This document shows positions 41,252 through 49,298 of a stretch of 64,000 bases of DNA, one piece after another (position 1 is the stretch's first letter; each line of letters starts with the position of its first letter). The stretch spans positions 1,416-65,415 of the forward strand of contig CAKNJL010000002.1 of NCBI GenBank assembly GCA_930982035.1, written 5' to 3'. The position numbers were made by a program, and so were the translations under genes. This DNA is from an uncultured Clostridium sp. (GTDB lineage Bacteria > Bacillota > Clostridia > TANB77 > CAG-508). The notes under the pieces were generated by a model. The model searched no databases and was not told where the DNA came from. It was given only the letters and a program-made list of their open reading frames with translations.

Positions 41252-41530
41252 TTAATCTGTAACTCTCTCTAAATCAAAGCTCTCTATCTTTCCTGTTATT
41301 CTGATATCATCATTTGTCATTGTTTCTAAATTTAAATTATATCCATTAATATTTACTGTTCCAATATGTGTACTAATTCTTACAAAAAATTCTTCATATT
41401 CTAATATTCCTTTGTAGTTTTCTATTATCATTTCGTCAAATCCCATTATTGTGATTTTAGGTATGTTAGAATATACCTCTTGTGGTAGCTCTAAAATTTT
41501 ATCTATTTTGCTTATCTTTTTTCTTTTCAT
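41252..41530 (-). CDS. yqfC: Sporulation protein YqfC (YabP/YqfC family)
   Basis: Motifs LPQEVYSNIPKITIMGFDEMIIENYKGILEYEEFFVRI and GKIESFD. Confidence 0.85.
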   Translation of the reverse strand: MKRKKISKIDKILELPQEVYSNIPKITIMGFDEMIIENYKGILEYEEFFVRISTHIGTVNINGYNLNLETMTNDDIRITGKIESFDLERVTD

Positions 41531-41551
41531 TTTTATTACCAACCCTTTCAG

Positions 41552-41657
41552 AAATGATGATTTGGGGACGGAGAAAAAATCATCGTTTTTTATTACTATT
41601 TATATAAATTTTTTTCTAAAAATGATGATTTTTTCTCCGTCCCCAAATCATCATTTT
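41552..41657. repeat. 33 bp perfect inverted repeats (AAATGATGATTTGGGGACGGAGAAAAAATCATC) flanking a 40 bp spacer
   Basis: Read directly. It sits between the yqfC start and the deacetylase gene, and contains that gene's stop codon. Confidence 0.85.
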
Positions 41658-42469
41658 TCAAATTCATCAAGTGATTTGAATTCATATCCCATATTTTTTG
41701 CTTCTTTTATAACACTATCTAAAATATTGGTATTTGTTTTTGAGTTACCATGTAATAACATTATTTCTCCATTATGTAAGTTTTTTAGTATTTTTTGTTT
41801 TGATTGTTCTTCATCTGGTTGTTTTTCTTCATTCCAGTCTTCATATGCAAATGACCACATGACATTTTGATATCCTAATGAATTTGTAATCTGTAGTGTT
41901 TTTTCACTAAATTCTCCTTTTGGAGGTCTTATATATTTCATTTCATATCCGAATTTTTCATATACTCCTTGGTGTAAATCCATGACTTCTTTTTTTATTT
42001 CTTCTTCTGTTAAACTTGGCATACTTTTATGATTCACTGTATGATTTCCTATTATATGTCCTTCATCTATCATTTGTTTTACTAAATCTTCTTGCGTATT
42101 TACATAGTGTGCTGTTAGAAAAAATGTGGCTTTTACATCATTTTCTTTTAATATTTTTAATATTTCACTTGTATAACCGGCTTCATAACCTTCGTCAAAT
42201 GTTAGATATATTACTTTACTATCCTTGTTTCCTAAACATATTCCATTATTTTCTTCTAATATTTTTCTGTTTTCACTTCCTACATCTGGTTGTTCGTGAT
42301 TGTCATTTCTTTTTATTCCCCATTCTATTTTTTTAGTGCTAACAACTTCTGTATTGGTATTTATAGCCTTTTCCTTCTGGCTTGTTATAACACTTATTGA
42401 TATAACTGCCATAAGCAATACCATTATAGTTATATTTCTAACTAACTGTTTTTTTATATTATTATGCAT
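41651..42469 (-). CDS. Polysaccharide deacetylase (NodB homology), PdaA-like spore-cortex de-N-acetylase; this is the intact copy
   Basis: N-terminal TM helix, then IYLTFDEGYEAGYTSEILKILKENDVKATFFLTAHYV and GHIIGNHTVNHKSM. The TGA stop lies within a repeat. Confidence 0.8.
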   Translation of the reverse strand: MHNNIKKQLVRNITIMVLLMAVISISVITSQKEKAINTNTEVVSTKKIEWGIKRNDNHEQPDVGSENRKILEENNGICLGNKDSKVIYLTFDEGYEAGYTSEILKILKENDVKATFFLTAHYVNTQEDLVKQMIDEGHIIGNHTVNHKSMPSLTEEEIKKEVMDLHQGVYEKFGYEMKYIRPPKGEFSEKTLQITNSLGYQNVMWSFAYEDWNEEKQPDEEQSKQKILKNLHNGEIMLLHGNSKTNTNILDSVIKEAKNMGYEFKSLDEFEK

Positions 42470-42530
42470 GATATTCCTCCTCTTGTTTTCTTTTGTTTAA
42501 TTTTATGATTGATATTTAAAATTATTACTC
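42038..42530. repeat. Left copy of a ~0.5 kb direct repeat (deacetylase 5' coding part plus proximal leader). The right copy is 51448-51940, an offset of 9410 bp.
   Basis: The nucleotide strings are identical wherever compared by eye, and the two ORFs share an identical N-terminal 143 aa. Confidence 0.85.
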
Positions 42531-42624
42531 TCCTATTAAGGTCTGTTACAAAATATCAAAATCGGACAAATTTTGTAAATTTTATTTTAAAATCGCAAAA
42601 AAGAGATATCATTTTGATACCTCT
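42470..42624 (-). repeat. Cassette-junction repeat, copy 1 (terminator hairpin + promoter-like region + 5' leader)
   Basis: On the minus strand it reads AGAGGTATCAAAATGATATCTCTTTTTTG ... TTTACAAAATTTGTCCGATTTTGATATTTTGTAACAGACCTTAATAGGAGAG ... RBS-ATG. Homologous copies are at 46976, 48431 and 51880. Confidence 0.75.
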
Positions 42625-42741
42625 AACACCATGTATTTTATCTAAAATAGTAACTTATAATTCTTCAAATTAATTTTCACAAAAAAGCAGAGCCTAAAGT
42701 AAGAATTCCCTAAACTTCAGACTCTACTATTAAAAATACAA

Positions 42742-43233
42742 TCAATTAAACTTAATTTTTTTTAACCTTTTGTCAAACCACTTTTCTTTTTCTTCATTTT
42801 CTATTTGACTCGCGTCTATCATTATAGCTAAATCATAGCATAACTGAACTTTATCATTATTGATTAAAGTAGACTTTTTTTCTTCCAAAGGGTTACAATA
42901 AGATACAGAATCTAGCGCAAACAATAAAACTGTAAGTTCATAAAAACTCTTCTTATTTTTTTGGTGAGATATAACATTTATTCTCTTTATTAAAACTTTT
43001 TCTATGTCTTTTGCTATTTTGGTAATACTATCAATATTTACAATTTCAAAATTTTTTCCAATAAAATAAGAAAGTGCTTTTTCAAATTCCTTTTTTAATT
43101 GAGTATTTGATAAACTTTCATAAAATTCCCTGTCATCATACAATACACTACTTAAATGATTCAAAAGATTAGATGCTTTGATTGGTTCGTTTAAAATCCG
43201 AGTTATTATTCGTTTCTTAATTGATTTTTTCAT
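42742..43233 (-). CDS. Hypothetical protein (island)
   Basis: ORF of about 163-174 aa. No motif was recognised. Confidence 0.5.
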   Translation of the reverse strand: MKKSIKKRIITRILNEPIKASNLLNHLSSVLYDDREFYESLSNTQLKKEFEKALSYFIGKNFEIVNIDSITKIAKDIEKVLIKRINVISHQKNKKSFYELTVLLFALDSVSYCNPLEEKKSTLINNDKVQLCYDLAIMIDASQIENEEKEKWFDKRLKKIKFN

Positions 43234-43312
43234 TCTATATATCCTCCTTTGAGTTGATACAATCAATTATAACATAAACTATTACTATATTCAATTTTAA
43301 GCGACAAATTAT

Positions 43313-43624
43313 TTATTTGATACTTTCTAAATAAGAAATTCTTTTTCCTTTTTCTTTTGCATACTCTATTTCTAGTTTTGTACTTTCTCCAATGTATCCA
43401 CCAACATTAATTACATAAATCTCATCCGACATATCTATTTTTTGTTTATGCATTTCATCTAACATCTTTTTAGTTTTTTTATCTATATCTTCTTTTTTTA
43501 TCCTATTAAAAAAATTAGGTGTTAAAACTATATTTCCATCTAATGTAAGTTTCTCTTGAATTTTCATAAATTCATCTTCAAATTTAATTGAGCCACATAG
43601 TGTTATTATTTTATATTCATGCAT
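43313..43624 (-). CDS. Small alpha/beta protein of ~104 aa, paralog A of three; tentatively like a nucleoside 2-deoxyribosyltransferase/SLOG fold
   Basis: The pattern is YKIITLCGSIKF ... HKQKIDMSDEIYVINVGGYIGESTKLEIEYAKEKGKRISY. The fold assignment comes from this motif pattern only. Confidence 0.55.
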   Translation of the reverse strand: MHEYKIITLCGSIKFEDEFMKIQEKLTLDGNIVLTPNFFNRIKKEDIDKKTKKMLDEMHKQKIDMSDEIYVINVGGYIGESTKLEIEYAKEKGKRISYLESIK

Positions 43625-43664
43625 CAATTCTAATCACTCGCTTTCTTTTTTATTAGTTCTTTAT

Positions 43665-43782
43665 AAAAGGCAGGAAAGAGATACAGAATGTATCTCTCAA
43701 ACACATATAAAAACAAGTTTTCTAGTTCTCTGCTTTCTGTAAAATAATACAGAGAAAATCCAGAGTTCCCACTTCGGTATAT
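43665..43782 (-). ncRNA. Conserved ~115 nt structured element, copy 1 (candidate cis-regulatory leader, small RNA or miniature insertion)
   Basis: About 90 percent identical to 50484-50601. On the minus strand it ends in the hairpin GAGAGATACA-TTC-TGTATCTCT followed by TTCCTGCCTTTT. It sits 40 nt upstream of small-protein paralog A. Confidence 0.4.
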
Positions 43783-45201
43783 TAGTCATTTTTTAATATT
43801 TTCCAACGTCCTGTCTTTTTTGATCCTTCTCTTTCAATATATCCTTTTTCTTTTAATTCTTTTATATTTCTTTTTATTGTTGGTTCAGAAACTCTTAATT
43901 TTATAGCAATATCTTTTTGTTTCATATTAGGATTTATTTTTAACAAATTTAAAGTATCATTTAAAGTATCATTTAAAGTATCATTTGCTAAATTAATTAA
44001 ATCTTTTTCATCCAATTTTTCATCTCTTAATAGTGGAATTGTTACTCTAAACATCTCTTTATCTTCAAAAATAGGCGGTTTTCCCGAATACAAATATGAA
44101 TTTTTTGTAATTTTTATAAAACCACTACCTAACTCATCTGCATATCCTATTTCTCTAAAAATTTTTGCAATCGTTGGATTTTTTGCAAACGGTGTGTAAT
44201 TTTTTATAGTAAGTAATCCATTTGTTCTAAAAGAATTTGGATTTTCGCATATTAATTTATCTTTATAAATAATCACCCTACTTGTATGACCATCTGTTAT
44301 ATCTCTATGCATAAGAGTATTCAAAACTATTTCACGTGCCATTACATTTCTTGGGCTCACTCTTCTTGCATTTTCATCTAATGCAAACCTGTCCATTGTA
44401 TATTTTGCTATAAAATCAATTAATCTATCATACATATCTATTAAATTGGTTTCTATAAAATCTCTATCATCATATCTGTCTAAATCATCTACTCTATATA
44501 AAGCATCTGTTCTACAATAAGGGTTAATATTTGAAATCACATTATCTTTTCCAAATAGCATAACTCCAGCAAGTGTTACGCCTTGTTTACCAGTTTCCTT
44601 ATCAACTTTATATAATCCCGCACTTTTTAGCAATTCTAAATCTGTCATATCCATCCAAATATGTCTTTTCTTGACATTTGAATTAGCTAACTTTCTTGCT
44701 TTTCCTATTAAATCAAGTCTTAAATCTTCTTCTATTGAAACATATGGATAAATTGTATCTTCATCAAATATTTTTCGTTTTTTATTATGAATACTCGCAA
44801 TTAATGGAATATTATTTGATATATCAAAATCCCCTTCATAATTACGAACAAAAACCTTTCCTTTGCATTTATGAATTTCTGTTGATTCTTCAATATGAGT
44901 ATATAAAAGTATTTTTCCATCTACTTTTATCTCATGCAATTCTGATAAAATAGTTGGATTTATAACTTCTTTATTGTTGCATTGTGTTGTATAATCCTTT
45001 TTTAATTTTCTCTATTAATTCCTCTTTTATTCCAATAATCTCTTTTTTATCATTTGCCCCTAAAATAATATATCCTCCTGTAGTATTTAAAAATGAACAT
45101 ACAGATTCAAACACACTTTTAGGTAATCCATTAGTGGCTTCTTTTAATTCTGTATTAACATTTTCGCCTAATAAAATAATATTTTTAATATTTTCTTCCA
45201 T
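43782..45201 (-). pseudogene. Schlafen/AlbA_2 + HATPase_c_4-like + wHTH regulator (COG2865 type), split by a frameshift near 44955-44975
   Basis: ORF 44971..45201 carries the AlbA_2 pattern (ELKEATNGLPKSVFESVCSFLNTTGGYIILG). ORF 43782..44939 carries the rest, with a C-terminal HTH (IAIKLRVSEPTIKRNIKELKEKGYIER). The second frame is open across the TAA of the first. Confidence 0.6.
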
Positions 45202-45356
45202 AAAGGCTTGTCTCCTTTTTCTCGTTGTTATTTTGAAATTATAATATCACAAATTCCTTTTTTATACAATTAAATTTGAAAAATCAATATTATTTATTCA
45301 TATATCGAAATATTTAAATTTTCATTCATACATTTTTCAAAAACTCTAATTGTTTT

Positions 45357-45432
45357 GATTTGCTCTAAATAGGCTATTACTCTAGCATTTTACCTTTATA
45401 TTATCTCCGGACATTAAGGAAATAGGTGTATG
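45357..45432. repeat. att-like junction repeat, copy a
   Basis: GATTTGCTCTAAATAGGCTATTACTCTAGCATTTTACCTTTATATTATCTCCGGACATTAAGGAAATAGGTGTATGGTTTCCTA is about 90 percent identical to 51379-51452. Confidence 0.7.
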
Positions 45433-45504
45433 GTTTCCTAATTTCTTAATGGCAAAAAATTTTATTAAATAATTTCAAAATAACTTGTCTGCTACATTTT
45501 TAAA

Positions 45505-45531
45505 ATGGCATCTTAAAAATTAAGATGCCAT
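45505..45531 (-). terminator. Intrinsic terminator hairpin downstream of 45548..46324
   Basis: A 12 bp perfect stem (ATGGCATCTTAA / TTAAGATGCCAT) with a 3 nt loop, followed on the minus strand by a T-rich tract. Confidence 0.65.
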
Positions 45532-45547
45532 CTTTTGATTTGATTTA

Positions 45548-46324
45548 TTATTTTATTAAATATTTTTCTGGAACAAAATTTTCAAAAAATTTTGGATTTA
45601 AGTTAATATAGTTTAAATATATTTTTTTTATATTTTGTTCTGAATTTCTTATAACTTTTTCAGCTTGTTTTACTTCTTTTTTATATACCTTCTGTTTTCT
45701 GTAAAAATGTATTTCTCTTGTTTTTAATTTAAAATAAATTATAGTATGTATATATTTTGGAACTTTATATTTTTTACTATACTTATCTATTAGCCAAAGA
45801 GTTAAAAATTGATTCATTCCTTCTTTAAACGCTTCTACAAAAATCCCTTCATTTAATCTTAAATTTTGTGCATGCAATATTTCATGTACTACAATCTCAA
45901 AACATACATCTTTATTTTTATTCAAATATCTATCAAAAGGTATAAAAATGTTCAATTCATGTGTATCTTCATCATAATCAAACCATCCGTCTTTTATATG
46001 TTTTACTTTATATACATTAAATTTTGCAAGTTCTATATTTTCATCTACACTTTTAATTAACTTTATTGCATCTTTAACAATTTCTATCTCTTCTGCATTA
46101 AACTCTTTATTTCTCTTGCATTTTTTTCTCGTTAATGTTAGGTATTGTTTATATGCCTCTTTTAAATAATAAAAACATATCTCTACTAATATTAATATTG
46201 ACAAGAGTTTTATCAATGGATTATAATTTTCTTCTTTTAACGATAAAATTATAATTATAGTTGCTATGCTTACTACTACTAATCCAACGATTAATTTGAT
46301 TTTTATTATTGTCCGATGTTTCAT
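45548..46324 (-). CDS. Membrane-anchored protein with an HExxH motif (putative metalloprotease)
   Basis: Two N-terminal TM helices and the motif VVHEILHAQN. Confidence 0.5.
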   Translation of the reverse strand: MKHRTIIKIKLIVGLVVVSIATIIIILSLKEENYNPLIKLLSILILVEICFYYLKEAYKQYLTLTRKKCKRNKEFNAEEIEIVKDAIKLIKSVDENIELAKFNVYKVKHIKDGWFDYDEDTHELNIFIPFDRYLNKNKDVCFEIVVHEILHAQNLRLNEGIFVEAFKEGMNQFLTLWLIDKYSKKYKVPKYIHTIIYFKLKTREIHFYRKQKVYKKEVKQAEKVIRNSEQNIKKIYLNYINLNPKFFENFVPEKYLIK

Positions 46325-46580
46325 TTTCTTATTCTCCTTTTCTTTTTAATATAATAAAATAATAATATCAAACCTTTTTAGTATTGTGCTATTCACACAA
46401 TTAAATACCAATATACATTTCTCGTATATATAATATTATATATCATTTTACATAATTTTTCAACTTTAGATTCTAATTGAGATTAGTCCACAAGTACTAA
46501 AATATGTATTTAGAAAATTTCATTAATTAGTATTATTTTTGAATGTTAATTTTATTTTTATATTTTTTTCTTTATCAAAT

Positions 46581-46724
46581 TCAATTCTTTCGATTAACTT
46601 TTCTAATATCATTAATGTCTCTTTTATTTTCAACACTTTCGCTTTCTCGGTCATCTCCATCTCCTCTTGAAAGTCTTATATATTTTGCAACTCTTATGTT
46701 TCTATAACTATTTACCCTATTCAA
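46581..46724 (-). pseudogene. Remnant of the N-terminus of a large serine recombinase (47 codons)
   Basis: A TTG start after GAGAGGTGAG. IRVAKYIRLSRGDGDDRESESVENKR matches the YxRLSxxDg...ES.S..NQ catalytic-serine region. The ORF then stops and no further recombinase sequence follows. Confidence 0.45.
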
Positions 46725-46855
46725 TTTTACTCACCTCTCTTTTTAAGTTCAAATAAGAATTGCTATTTCTATTTGAACTTTTCGAGAGTAAATAGCCTAT
46801 CTAAAGCATCTTGATTATAACATGCTCTTTTATAATTATCAGCCTTAAATAAGCG

Positions 46856-46975
46856 TTATTTTTCATTCATAGTTATATAATTTATGTATTGTTCTTTTAG
46901 TAATTTTGTAATTATCTCTTTTAACCTTTCTTTTCCATATTCAATTTGTATATTTACATTTTGTCCGTTTTCCAT
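46856..46975 (-). CDS. Untracked 39 aa ORF (MENGQNVNIQIEYGKERLKEIITKLLKEQYINYITMNEK)
   Basis: AAAAGGAG RBS. It occupies the same position after the cassette-junction repeat as the deacetylase gene does in other copies. Confidence 0.3.
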   Translation of the reverse strand: MENGQNVNIQIEYGKERLKEIITKLLKEQYINYITMNEK

Positions 46976-47133
46976 TTTCTCTTTGCTCCTTTTTAGTTTT
47001 GTTTAATCTTATGAGAAATCTTTAAATTTATTCCTCTACTATTAAGGTCTCTTATAAAATATAAAAATCGGACAAATTTTAAAAATTTATTTTTAAAATC
47101 ACAAAAAAGAGATACTAATTTCTTAATATCTCC
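46976..47133 (-). repeat. Cassette-junction repeat, copy 2
   Basis: Aligns with copy 1 across the AATCGGACAAATTTT and TTAAGGTCTCTTATAAAATAT region, and includes its own hairpin plus T-run. Confidence 0.7.
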
Positions 47134-47186
47134 AATTTTATATTCATTTTTGTTTTCATTTACAATAACAATTATAAGTTGTAACT

Positions 47187-47663
47187 CTAGTTATTTAAAA
47201 TATATTTTTCATCATCTTTTTTAAAACCAAATTTTTCATATAATTTTATTGCATGAGGATTAACTGCATCAAGTTCAATTTTTTTACATTCAATTTCTTT
47301 AAGAAAATCTAAAATCTTTTTCATTAATACATTTTGTATTCCTTTACATCTATAATCTTCATCCGTATATACACTTGTTATATATGCTTTTTTGCCATTA
47401 AGAAAAAAAGCAGAAGGGACCATCTGCTGAATAACTACTCCATTACTGGCAACTGTTCTATTATTACTTTTATCTACTGCTATAAAAAAATATATTGTTT
47501 TATTTAGTTCCTGTAATAATACCCTTTTTATATTTTCTCTTGCTATCTTTTCATTTTGTAATATTATTCCATCTCTATTGCAAGTATATATATTTTGTTT
47601 TATTTTTAATTCTACTAAATCCTCTATATCGTTTACATCTGCTTTTTTATATATTAATTCCAT
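47187..47663 (-). CDS. GNAT family N-acetyltransferase
   Basis: 158 aa. RCKGIQNVLMKKILDFLKE (acetyl-CoA binding Q/RxxGxG/A-like) followed by YEKFGFK. Confidence 0.75.
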   Translation of the reverse strand: MELIYKKADVNDIEDLVELKIKQNIYTCNRDGIILQNEKIARENIKRVLLQELNKTIYFFIAVDKSNNRTVASNGVVIQQMVPSAFFLNGKKAYITSVYTDEDYRCKGIQNVLMKKILDFLKEIECKKIELDAVNPHAIKLYEKFGFKKDDEKYILNN

Positions 47664-48270
47664 TTTTGTATATTCTCCTTTTCAAGTAAGTATTTTTAAA
47701 TAAATCATTTAAGTATTCACTTTTTTCTTCTGTTGTTTTTAAATATAATATATATGGCATTCCACCGTAAGTCATATAATCCTTTAATGCCCTCTTTTTG
47801 TCTTCATATGCATTATAAAATTCAGAAAATGATAGAGGATAAATTCTAATTTCATCTCCTCTGCCTCTAAATTCTGTAATAATACCTGTAGAAAAAAATT
47901 TTGAATTGCTTCCTGTTACATAAACATCTAAATTATTTTTTCTTAAAAAACTATTTAAAACGCTTTCAAAATCTTTTACCCTTTGAATTTTATCAAGAAG
48001 AATATAATACATATAATCATCTTTAATTTTATTCATAATATATTTATATAAATTTAATCCATCTGTTGTTAATTCTCTATTTTCAATAGAATCTAAGTCA
48101 ACTTTTATAATATGATCTTCTTTTACTCCATCTGCTAATAATGAATTTTTAAACATAGGATCAAGTAAATATGATTTTCCACTTTTTTCTAAGTCCTGTA
48201 ATAATTTTTATTAATTTATTATTTTTTTATTTTTTAACTTTGTTAAATACAAATCTCTAGCTATTTCCAT
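47647..48270 (-). pseudogene. AAA ATPase of the COG1373 type (AAA_14/DUF4143 family), frameshifted in poly-A tracts at the 5' end and truncated at the 3' end
   Basis: The upstream frames read MEIARDLYLTKLKNKK / IKIITGLRK / SGKSYLLDPMF, which is a P-loop split over three frames. The DUF4143 part is missing and the GNAT gene overlaps the end. Confidence 0.55.
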
Positions 48271-48430
48271 TTTATACTCTCCATTTATTTTTTTTGTGTA
48301 TATACACATTTTATGATAATATAATAATTTAAAAAGATAGATTAGTCAATTATATTTTTTACTTTTTTGTGTTGAAACACGTTTTTTGTTAATAGTATAT
48401 TTCATATCAAACAAAATATTCACATTTTGT

Positions 48431-48587
48431 TTTTTTATTTTCGCTTTGTTCTTTTAGTTTTATTTAATATTATAAGTGATATTTTAAATTATTCTTCTAT
48501 AATTAAGGTCTGTTACAAAATATGAAAATAGGACAAAATTTAAAATGATTGTTTAAACCACAAAAAGAGATATCTCTTTGATACCTC
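48431..48587 (-). repeat. Cassette-junction repeat, copy 3
   Basis: TAATTAAGGTCTGTTACAAAATATGAAAATAGGACAAAATTT ... AAAAAGAGATATCTCTTTGATACCTCT. Confidence 0.7.
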
Positions 48588-48599
48588 TATCACATTTAT

Positions 48600-49286
48600 T
48601 TATACATCTATTTTTTTAATATATCTTTTCCCTTCTTCATCTTTTTCTACTTTTAGAATAAAATCAAATTTATTTATTTCTGTGCATAAATAAAAATCTC
48701 TTTCAGGAAAATCCTTTTGTTTTGATTTATCAAAGAATTTAGAGCCAGTTGTATTTTTTAATTGATTAATTTGTTCTCCTAACTTATTCAATGGATTATT
48801 TTCTAACAAACTTTTTATATAGTTTGCACATAATATATCTTCATCAAATGGATTTTCTCCTGTTTTGCATAAAGTCAATAGTGAAATTTCCTCTATTTCA
48901 TTTTTAATAATATATCTGACAATAGCTTTTGCATTTACCAAACTACCTGTTATAATTTGTTTCGCATTTATAGATTTTACAATTCCTTGCGTCCCACAAC
49001 TCGTTGTATGTATAGCGGTTTTTTCAGAAAAATCAACATTTTCAATTTGAGATGGAGAGTTACCATAGTCAAATCCTGGCAATATTATTCCATTTCTTTC
49101 TCCAATTAAAATTATATTATTATCTTTATTTTTATAATCGTATGCTACTTGCATATCACCAACTGGAATTATTTTTTTTACACCATTGTTAATCAAATAT
49201 GGTTCAACTGTAAATGCCCTAAAGACATCTATTACTACAGTTAGTCCAGTTGCTTTGTTTGCATCACTAACTATTTTTATATTCAA
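48600..49286 (-). CDS. 2-phosphosulfolactate phosphatase (ComB) family protein
   Basis: Motifs VVIDVFRAFTV and GERNGIILPGFDYGNSPSQI. TTG start after GGAGGAG. Confidence 0.8.
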   Translation of the reverse strand: MNIKIVSDANKATGLTVVIDVFRAFTVEPYLINNGVKKIIPVGDMQVAYDYKNKDNNIILIGERNGIILPGFDYGNSPSQIENVDFSEKTAIHTTSCGTQGIVKSINAKQIITGSLVNAKAIVRYIIKNEIEEISLLTLCKTGENPFDEDILCANYIKSLLENNPLNKLGEQINQLKNTTGSKFFDKSKQKDFPERDFYLCTEINKFDFILKVEKDEEGKRYIKKIDV

Positions 49287-49298
49287 ATTATTCTCCTC

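Noticed and set aside
23441-41660. Whether the GGACA/GTCCCCAA palindromic repeats form a CRISPR array
   Set aside because: The copies are dispersed over many kilobases, singly or as inverted pairs. There is no regular repeat-spacer periodicity and there are no cas genes in the window.
43665-43782. Assigning the ~115 nt conserved element to a known riboswitch class (purine/2'-dG, preQ1, c-di-GMP, ZTP, guanidine)
   Set aside because: None of the conserved core sequences of those classes is present. It is kept only as an unclassified structured element.
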